This document shows, piece by piece, positions 57,529 to 64,000 of a stretch of DNA of 64,000 nt (position 1 is its first letter; every line of letters begins with the position of its first letter). Source of the DNA: an uncultured Eubacteriales bacterium (GTDB lineage: Bacteria; Bacillota; Clostridia; Peptostreptococcales; Anaerovoracaceae); the NCBI GenBank assembly GCA_900317675.1, contig ONHU01000002.1:10697-74696 (forward strand). Reading direction: 5' to 3'. Under the pieces are notes generated by a model. That model saw nothing but the letters and a program-made list of their open reading frames with translations, ran no database searches and was not told the origin of the DNA. The position numbers were made by a program, and so were the translations under genes.

Positions 57529-58596
57529 ATGTTTGACAAGTTAGACTTTATTACGGAAAAATATCAGGAGCTCAGCGAGAAGGTTGCTGACCCTGCTGTC
57601 ATATCCGATCAGAAGACATGGCAGAAATACATGAAAGAAATGGCTGAGATCGAGCCGATCGTCAAGTCCTATGAAGCGTACAGAAAGATGCAGAGCGACC
57701 TTGCTGACGCGAGAGAGATCATGGATCTTGAAGACGACGAAGAGATGAAGGAAATGGCTAAGGAAGAAGCCAAGGAACTTGAGGACAAGATGGCAAAAGC
57801 CCAGGAAGACCTCAAGGTTCTCCTGCTGCCTAAGGACCCTAACGATGACAAGAACGTCATCCTGGAGATAAGAGCGGGCACAGGCGGGGAGGAAGCTGCT
57901 CTCTTCGGAAACGATCTCCTGAGAATGTATCTGAGATATGCTGAGCGCCGCAGATGGAAAGCTGAGATCATCGAGATCAGCGACACCGGTATCGGCGGGA
58001 TCAAGGAAGCGGTCGTCATGATAAAAGGTAAAGGCGCTTATTCAAGACTCAAGTTCGAGTCAGGCGTACACAGAGTACAGAGAGTACCTGAGACCGAATC
58101 ATCCGGACGCATCCACACATCCGCAGCGACAGTAGCGGTATTGCCGGAAGTCGATGATGTGGAAGTCGAGATCAACCCTAACGATGTCAAGGTTGATGTA
58201 TACAGAGCTTCAGGAAACGGCGGCCAGTGCGTCAACACTACAGACTCGGCCGTAAGAATGACACATCTGCCAACCGGAATCGTCGTTACATGCCAGGATG
58301 AAAAATCCCAGATCCAGAACAGAGAGAAGGCCATGAGAGTCCTCAAGGCAAGACTCTACGACAAAATGGTTCAGGAGCAGAACGACAAGATCTCCGCAGA
58401 CAGAAGAAGCCAGGTAGGATCCGGAGACAGATCGGAACGTATCAGAACCTACAACTTCCCGCAGGGGAGAGTGACCGATCACAGGATCAACCTCACACTC
58501 TACAAGCTTGAGCAGTTCCTCGACGGGGATATCGATGAAGCGGTAGACGGCCTCATCACTGCTGATCAGGCAGAAAAAATGCGTGATTTCGGCTAA
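57529..58596 (+). CDS. prfA: Peptide chain release factor 1
   Basis: 355 aa from the ATG at 57529. PAV tripeptide context, GGQ ([12 protein letters not shown]). Confidence 0.92.
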   Translation: MFDKLDFITEKYQELSEKVADPAVISDQKTWQKYMKEMAEIEPIVKSYEAYRKMQSDLADAREIMDLEDDEEMKEMAKEEAKELEDKMAKAQEDLKVLLLPKDPNDDKNVILEIRAGTGGEEAALFGNDLLRMYLRYAERRRWKAEIIEISDTGIGGIKEAVVMIKGKGAYSRLKFESGVHRVQRVPETESSGRIHTSAATVAVLPEVDDVEVEINPNDVKVDVYRASGNGGQCVNTTDSAVRMTHLPTGIVVTCQDEKSQIQNREKAMRVLKARLYDKMVQEQNDKISADRRSQVGSGDRSERIRTYNFPQGRVTDHRINLTLYKLEQFLDGDIDEAVDGLITADQAEKMRDFG

Positions 58597-58669
58597 GATA
58601 TTAAGATTATTATAAAATTATTACGATGTGCCCTTTGATACCCATCCGGCACACTTCACAGAGCAGCGA

Positions 58670-59701
58670 ATGACGACAGAAAGATTAACAACAGAGCTAG
58701 AGGATATACTCAGGGCGGGAGACATCATCCGGTACGGCGGACTGGTGGCTTTTCCCACCGAGACGGTTTACGGCCTGGGGGCCAATGCTCTTGATGCAGA
58801 GGCTGTCAGATCCGTCTATGCCGCAAAAGGCAGACCATCTGACAATCCGATGATCGTTCACATAGCTGAGCGTGAAGATCTCGAGCCTCTGATCAGAGGC
58901 GGGCTCGGATCCCTTTCAGAAGATGCAGTTAAGGCAATGGATGCTTTCTGGCCCGGACCTCTGACCATGATCTTTCACAAGTCAGACGCGGTTCCGGACG
59001 CTACGACGGGAGGGCTCGATACAGTCGCTGTGAGGATGCCGTCCAACCGGACAGCATACATGCTGATCGCAGCTTCGCTCAGACCGATCGCAGCTCCGAG
59101 CGCCAATCTCTCCGGAAAGCCAAGTCCGACCACAGCAGAGGATGTGCTCGAGGACATGGACGGACGCATAGACGCGGTCATCATGGGAGAGCAGTGTGAA
59201 GTCGGGATAGAATCCACGGTACTTGATCTGACCGGAGAGGTCCCGACGATACTCAGACCGGGCATCGTAACAAAAGAGCAGCTGACAGAAGCCCTTGGCC
59301 GGGAAGTCGTTTACTATAACGGCTTACTGGAAAAGCCGGCGGAAACCGCGGATCCGGAAGACGGAGTAGCAGATACAGACTTCAAGCCAAAGTCGCCCGG
59401 AATGAAATACCGCCATTATTCGCCTAAGGCCAAGGTGGTGCTGATCGAAGGAAACCGGGAGGAATTTACCGAAAAAGCAAAAGCAATCGGCATCGAGGCG
59501 ATACATAACGGCATGAAGCCTGCAGTGCTCGACTACAGAGGCAACGAGCGTACGGCTGCACACGACCTTTTTGCAGACCTCAGAAAATTTGACAGACAGG
59601 GATATGACCTCATACTCATACGGACGCTTGAGGAGTCGGGCCTCGGATTCAGTGTCATGAACCGCATGCTCAAAAGCGCAGGTTATGACGTAGTAAAATA
59701 G
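58670..59701 (+). CDS. L-threonylcarbamoyladenylate synthase (Sua5/YwlC type, with C-terminal domain)
   Basis: GGLVAFPTETVYGLGANA, KGRPSDNPMIVH, SANLSGKPSPT. The start is uncertain (GTG at 58628 or ATG at 58670). Confidence 0.85.
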   Translation: MTTERLTTELEDILRAGDIIRYGGLVAFPTETVYGLGANALDAEAVRSVYAAKGRPSDNPMIVHIAEREDLEPLIRGGLGSLSEDAVKAMDAFWPGPLTMIFHKSDAVPDATTGGLDTVAVRMPSNRTAYMLIAASLRPIAAPSANLSGKPSPTTAEDVLEDMDGRIDAVIMGEQCEVGIESTVLDLTGEVPTILRPGIVTKEQLTEALGREVVYYNGLLEKPAETADPEDGVADTDFKPKSPGMKYRHYSPKAKVVLIEGNREEFTEKAKAIGIEAIHNGMKPAVLDYRGNERTAAHDLFADLRKFDRQGYDLILIRTLEESGLGFSVMNRMLKSAGYDVVK

Positions 59702-59768
59702 AACCGTCAGTAACGGGATAGGGACAGAACAGCAGTTATAAAACACAAACGAACGGAGGAACTTAGTA

Positions 59769-60398
59769 ATGGCTAAAATAATGGTATTCGATCATCCGCT
59801 GATCCAGCACAAGGTCTCACTGATGAGAGACAAGAACACTACCAGCAAGGAATTCAGACATCTCGCAAGAGAGGTAGCGATGCTGATGGCTTTTGAGGTC
59901 ACAAGAGACCTTCCGACAATGGACGTTGAAATCGAAACTCCTATCTGCAAGACTACCGTCAAAAAGCTGGCAGGAATGGACGTAGCTGTAGTTCCTATCC
60001 TGAGAGCGGGACTGGGATTCGTAGACGGCATGCTCGAGATCATTCCGAATGCCAAGGTTGGACACGTAGGACTGTACAGAGATCCTGAGACAAAGGAACC
60101 TGTAGAATACTACTGCAAGCTTCCTGAAGATATCGACAAGAGAAGAGTCATCATCGTAGATCCGATGCTTGCTACAGGCGGAAGCGCTATTGCAGCTGTT
60201 GATTTCGTCAAGAAGAGAGGCGGAAAGGACATAAGCTTCATGTGCCTCATCGCAGCTCCTGAAGGAATCGACGCTCTCGAGAAAGCGCATCCGGATGTAG
60301 ACATCTTCATCGCAGCCAAGGACGAGAAGCTCAATGAGAACGCTTACATCGTACCTGGTCTGGGAGACGCAGGAGACAGGATCTTCGGAACAAAATAG
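59769..60398 (+). CDS. upp: Uracil phosphoribosyltransferase
   Basis: 209 aa. [36 protein letters not shown]. Confidence 0.92.
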   Translation: MAKIMVFDHPLIQHKVSLMRDKNTTSKEFRHLAREVAMLMAFEVTRDLPTMDVEIETPICKTTVKKLAGMDVAVVPILRAGLGFVDGMLEIIPNAKVGHVGLYRDPETKEPVEYYCKLPEDIDKRRVIIVDPMLATGGSAIAAVDFVKKRGGKDISFMCLIAAPEGIDALEKAHPDVDIFIAAKDEKLNENAYIVPGLGDAGDRIFGTK

Positions 60399-60447
60399 AT
60401 TCTGTTTCATCCGGGAAGACCCGGGGAAACGGCAAAACGATCACAAG

Positions 60448-60490
60448 GCAGGCAGGTGCGCAGCAGCGCGGCTGCCTGCTTTTCGCTTTT
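60448..60490 (+). terminator. Intrinsic terminator after upp
   Basis: GCAGGCAG...CTGCCTGC followed by TTTTCGCTTTT. Confidence 0.6.
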
Positions 60491-60580
60491 CCGGCGAAGG
60501 CGGGGGGACGATAGCAGAGCGGATGGTTACAGCTTCGGTTGATTTCGCTTGGGCTGTAGATTAGAATAGGAGGATGCGAT

Positions 60581-60892
60581 ATGAGAGCGGCGATCCTCAT
60601 TTCTGTAATGGCGTCCGTGACGATGATGCTCCGGTTTCTTCCTTTTATAGTGTTCCGCCGCCGCGTCCCGGCGTACATCAGTTACCTCGGCGAGGTACTG
60701 CCTCCGGCGATCATAGGGATGCTGGTCATATACTGTCTTAAGGATGTTGAACTTGCGTCGGGAACACATGGGATACCTGAACTGATCGCTGCTGCTTGTG
60801 TGGTGATCCTTCAGATATGGAAGCGGCAGCCTATCATAAGCATACTTTGCGGGACAGCAGTATATATGCTGCTCGTGCAGCTTGTGTTCTGA
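60581..60892 (+). CDS. AzlD-family small membrane protein (branched-chain amino acid exporter subunit-like)
   Basis: 103 aa, about 3-4 transmembrane helices. ...[11 protein letters not shown]... is typical of AzlD. GGAGGA RBS. Confidence 0.55.
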   Translation: MRAAILISVMASVTMMLRFLPFIVFRRRVPAYISYLGEVLPPAIIGMLVIYCLKDVELASGTHGIPELIAAACVVILQIWKRQPIISILCGTAVYMLLVQLVF

Positions 60893-61076
60893 AGCATATA
60901 GTATAGTAGAAAACAGACCAAAAGCAGAAAGAATCATCCCAGTCTACCGGTAGAAAACAGTAACGGAGAAACAACGACATATAGTAGCAGCAGGAGCGTA
61001 AGCGGAGAAAATAACATGCGCTCCTGCTTTTGTTTACGAAAAATTTCGTTAAATAAATAATTTTTGTAGTTTTCGC

Positions 61077-61105
61077 TTGCTGAAAAAAGAATCTTAAAGT
61101 ACAAT
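61077..61105 (+). promoter_or_regulatory. Putative sigma-A promoter of the PanE-like/AEC operon
   Basis: TTGCTG, 17 nt, TACAAT. Confidence 0.45.
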
Positions 61106-61116
61106 ACAAGTGTCGT

Positions 61117-61135
61117 ATGTCAGACAAAGGACAAA
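61117..61135 (+). repeat. GACAAA-repeat motif copy 1 (ATGTCAGACAAAGGACAAA)
   Basis: 19-nt exact match to 63535-63553. Lies 12 nt downstream of the putative -10 box. Confidence 0.6.
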
Positions 61136-61195
61136 GAGAAATTAATACCCAAGCTAATCCATAAAGTCATTATCAGAAACGGAGGACTATTGATT

Positions 61196-62134
61196 ATGAG
61201 AATCGGATTTGTCGGATGTGGAGCTATCGGAAGCTGCTACGCAAGTTTCCTTCTTTCAAAGCATGAAGTATGTGTTCTGGACACTTATGAACCAGTTATA
61301 GAAAACATCAAGAAGCACGGAATTCTTATTGACAGAAACACACCTGGATACGGAAATGGCGAGACTGTTGCTTATTTCCCGACGATTGCTACAACTGATC
61401 CTAAAGAGATCGGCGTTGTAGATCTGCTCATCGTATTCGTTCACTACAAGTTCCTGGAAGCAGCTGTACGCAATGCTCTTCCAATGATCGATGACCATAC
61501 AATGATTCTGTGCCTGCAGAATGGCTATGGTAACTATGATGAGATCGCTAAGGTCGTTCCTGAAGAACAGATCATCATAGGAAACACTGCGTTCGGCGCA
61601 ACACCGATCGAGCCGGGTCATGTCAGCCATACCGGTTACGGCGCTACCAACATGGGATCACCTAAGGCTCCTATGGCAAAGGTTGAGGAAGTTGCTGAAG
61701 CATTCCGCGAAGCCGGCCTTGAGGTCGATGTACATGAGAACGTTCTTAACGCTATCTGGCACAAGCTGTCCGCTAATGTATGCATCAACGGTGTAAGCGC
61801 ACTGCTCGAGACACCTAACGGATTCATCAGCAAAAACAGATATGCTAACGAGCTCGCAAAGATGCTGATCAAGGAAGCGATTGAGGTAGCTAATGCCAGC
61901 GGATGCACACTGGATTATGAAGAAGAACTCGAACACGCATATGATGTTTCTCGCAAAACTGACGAGACAGTCAGCTCAATGGTTCAGGCTGTAAGAAATC
62001 ATCGCGAGACAGAGATCATGATCATCAACGGCGCAGTTTCCAAACTCGGAAAGGAATACGGAATTCCGACTCCTTGCAATGACATGATTCTCAATCTTGT
62101 TCTTGCAAAGCAGTCACTGTATCTTGACAAATAA
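61196..62134 (+). CDS. 2-dehydropantoate 2-reductase family (PanE/ApbA) oxidoreductase, copy 2
   Basis: MRIGFVGCGAIGS Rossmann motif, ApbA_C-type SSMVQAV...RETE. Confidence 0.78.
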   Translation: MRIGFVGCGAIGSCYASFLLSKHEVCVLDTYEPVIENIKKHGILIDRNTPGYGNGETVAYFPTIATTDPKEIGVVDLLIVFVHYKFLEAAVRNALPMIDDHTMILCLQNGYGNYDEIAKVVPEEQIIIGNTAFGATPIEPGHVSHTGYGATNMGSPKAPMAKVEEVAEAFREAGLEVDVHENVLNAIWHKLSANVCINGVSALLETPNGFISKNRYANELAKMLIKEAIEVANASGCTLDYEEELEHAYDVSRKTDETVSSMVQAVRNHRETEIMIINGAVSKLGKEYGIPTPCNDMILNLVLAKQSLYLDK

Positions 62135-62208
62135 TCAGATTATAAAAGGGGGCAGACACTTTTGATGGTTTGCCCCATTATTTTACCCAAAAAAATAGAA
62201 GACAGCCT

Positions 62209-63126
62209 ATGGGGACAGCATATATCGTATTCAGACAGACTGTAGTAATGTTTCTGTACATGTCTGCAGGTTACTGCCTCTTCAAGACAGAAAAGATGAC
62301 CTATAAAGGGAGCCGGGATATCGCGACGCTCCTGGTCTGGCTTGTCATACCAGTTGTATTGGTCAACAGTTTCTGTGTTGAAAGAAGCATGAGCAGGATC
62401 ATTGAACTGCTCCAGAGCGCATTTGTGACCGCGCTCAGTCTGGTCATAGCGATGGCCATCGCAAAGCTGCTTTTCAGGGACAGACCGATAGACAATTTCG
62501 GGGCGGCATTCTCCAACGCCGGATTCATCGGCATACCGCTTGTCCAGGCAGCTCTCGGAGATGACGCAGTCTTCTGGATCGTCAGCATGGTGGCGATGAT
62601 GAACATGCTGCAGTGGTCTTACGGAGTAGGACTGCTGACAGGGGAGAGATCCGCTGTCGGACTCAGGCATCTTATATTCAATCCGATCCTGGTGGGGATC
62701 GGAATAGGACTGATCCTGTTTTTTACCGGTATCGGGGTACACCTTCCGGCAGTCGTTTCGGCGGCTCTAGCAGGCATCAGTTCCCTGAATGCTCCGCTGG
62801 CGATGATCGTCCTGGGCTCATATCTCGCACAGTCGGATCTTAAGAAACTGTTTACATCGCCCGGCTTGTACAAGCTGAGCGCGGTCCGGCTGATACTGAT
62901 CCCGCTGGTAACGCTTCTGGCGCTGCATTTTATCCCGGTACGCCCGGAGATCCTGATGACGGTATTCATTGGCGCCAGCACGCCGACAGGAGCTAATGTT
63001 GCGGTATACGCGCAGCTCTATGACAAGGACTATCCATATGCGTGTCAGGTCGTAGCGCTGACAACGCTGCTGTCGATCATCACACTGCCTCTGATGCTTA
63101 TGCTCGCTGATCCGCTCCTGGGCTAG
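62209..63126 (+). CDS. AEC-family (auxin efflux carrier / malate permease-like) transporter
   Basis: About 305 aa, about 10 transmembrane helices, NAGFIGIPL motif. The start is uncertain (62170 or 62209). Confidence 0.75.
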   Translation: MGTAYIVFRQTVVMFLYMSAGYCLFKTEKMTYKGSRDIATLLVWLVIPVVLVNSFCVERSMSRIIELLQSAFVTALSLVIAMAIAKLLFRDRPIDNFGAAFSNAGFIGIPLVQAALGDDAVFWIVSMVAMMNMLQWSYGVGLLTGERSAVGLRHLIFNPILVGIGIGLILFFTGIGVHLPAVVSAALAGISSLNAPLAMIVLGSYLAQSDLKKLFTSPGLYKLSAVRLILIPLVTLLALHFIPVRPEILMTVFIGASTPTGANVAVYAQLYDKDYPYACQVVALTTLLSIITLPLMLMLADPLLG

Positions 63127-63342
63127 CAGATCAGGAAAAGCAAAAATCAAAGGCGGACAGCAGAGAGAGTATAAAACTATATATAGTATCTGCAGCCGGT
63201 GATATTAACAAGATTCAGAACCTGAATAACGCTAAAAACGAGTCTGGCGGTCAATCGCTTGACAAAAAAATAATAAACAACAAAAAATTGGAAAAATTGT
63301 TGAAAAATGGGACACTCTTTTGTAATATTGCATTACATAATA

Positions 63343-63362
63343 ATGTCTGACAAATGACAAAA
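63343..63362 (+). repeat. GACAAA-repeat motif copy 2 (ATGTCTGACAAATGACAAAA)
   Basis: 17/19 match to the other copies. Overlaps a possible TGACAA -35 box paired with the TATAAT at 63379-63384. Confidence 0.5.
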
Positions 63363-63534
63363 GAATAACAAAGCAACCTATAATCTCCTTACGTACCCTC
63401 TAAGCTGTGCAGCGGATTATGTTAAACGCACCGCTGCATATGCAGGGGGAACAGATCAGCTCGTTAAATAATTAATTCTTATCAAAAACAATTGCCTAAA
63501 TTGCAGGAACACGATAACATTTGCATAGGATACA

Positions 63535-63553
63535 ATGTCAGACAAAGGACAAA
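63535..63553 (+). repeat. GACAAA-repeat motif copy 3 (ATGTCAGACAAAGGACAAA)
   Basis: Exact 19-mer, followed by further GACA units (CTGACACAAGACAAAG). Lies 97 nt upstream of the transketolase start. Confidence 0.6.
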
Positions 63554-63649
63554 CTGACACAAGACAAAGTTTCTTTCACAGCACAGTTATCGAAGTATGC
63601 AATGCCAAAAAAGATATTTTAAATCCCCAGTTAAATAAAGGAGAGACAC

Positions 63650-64000
63650 ATGAATGACATTTCTATGAAAGACCTCAAGAACAAAGCAACAGAGATGCGC
63701 ATGAAGGTCGTAGACATGATCTACAAGGCACAGTCCGGTCATCCGGGCGGATCACTTTCAGCTGCTGAGTTCGTAACAGCATGCTACTTCAAGTATATGA
63801 ATGTAGATCCGAAGAACCCGCAGTGGGAAGACCGCGACAGAATGGTCCTGTCAAAAGGACATGTCTGCCCGATCCAGTATGCCTGCCTTGGAACACTCGG
63901 ATATTTCCCTGAAGAAGTGCTTGACACTCTTCGTAAGGAAGGATCCCCTCTGCAGGGACATCCATCAATGATCAAGTGCCCTGGAATCGATATTTCCACA
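63650..64000 (+). CDS. tkt: Transketolase, N-terminal subunit of the split type (3' end outside window)
   Basis: Not in the ORF track because the frame runs off the window. The ATG at 63650 follows an AAAGGAGAG RBS. MNDISMKDLKNKATEMRMKVVDMIYKAQSGHPGGSLSAAE...LSKGH. Confidence 0.85.
   Translation, partial: MNDISMKDLKNKATEMRMKVVDMIYKAQSGHPGGSLSAAEFVTACYFKYMNVDPKNPQWEDRDRMVLSKGHVCPIQYACLGTLGYFPEEVLDTLRKEGSPLQGHPSMIKCPGIDIST

Noticed and set aside
60334-60564. 76-aa ORF as a remnant of azlC upstream of azlD.
   Set aside because: It is not hydrophobic, it overlaps the upp 3' end and its terminator, and it has no AzlC-like motifs.
1-64000. CRISPR arrays, rRNA/tRNA genes, toxin-antitoxin or defence systems.
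   Set aside because: None were recognised. All sizeable intergenic regions were read and contain only terminators, promoters and the repeats listed. tRNA-like cloverleaf signatures (GTTCGAATC-type T-arms) were not seen.

Overview
This is a 64-kb, origin-proximal chromosomal segment of an anaerobic Firmicute, probably class Clostridia. That placement is inferred from gene content, GGAGG-type ribosome-binding sites (RBS) and synteny. About 85% of genes are on the + strand. All protein calls rest on motifs I recognise by eye; no searches were run.

Gene order:
- 1-484: dnaN 3' end.
- 0.5-11.1 kb: nucleoside-scavenging supercluster (psuG, psuK, tdk; BMP-family ABC importer; deoC, udp, deoB).
- 11.1-17.3 kb: mnmE-mnmG-rsmG, two perfect parS sites, parA-parB.
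- 17.3-22.3 kb: gdpP-like gene, rplI, dnaB, a DnaD-like gene.
- 22.3-31.9 kb: M23 peptidase, ftsB-like gene, rnmV, rsmA, an LTA-synthase-like sulfatase, rho, and a fused DUF1385-prmC gene.
- 31.9-51.6 kb: a roughly 19.7-kb accessory segment, described below.
- 51.7-64.0 kb: rpmE, an argCJBDF operon on the minus strand, prfA, sua5, upp, an orphan azlD-like gene, a second PanE-like reductase with an AEC transporter, and the start of a split transketolase.

The accessory segment is the interesting part. It holds three paralogous gene pairs of the 2-hydroxyacyl-CoA dehydratase / benzoyl-CoA reductase radical-enzyme family (small subunit S followed by large subunit L). It has a single HgdC-type activating ATPase. 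An htpG (Hsp90) gene and a CooC-type CxC P-loop ATPase sit between pairs 2 and 3. Two homologous small membrane proteins accompany the pairs. Nearby are a CooT-like protein, an Fe-S aldo/keto reductase, a His-rich protein, a PanE-like reductase and a stand-alone protein that I believe is related to an acetyl-CoA synthase domain. No CoA-transferase, regulator or mobility gene is present.

No rRNA, tRNA, CRISPR array or transposase was seen.
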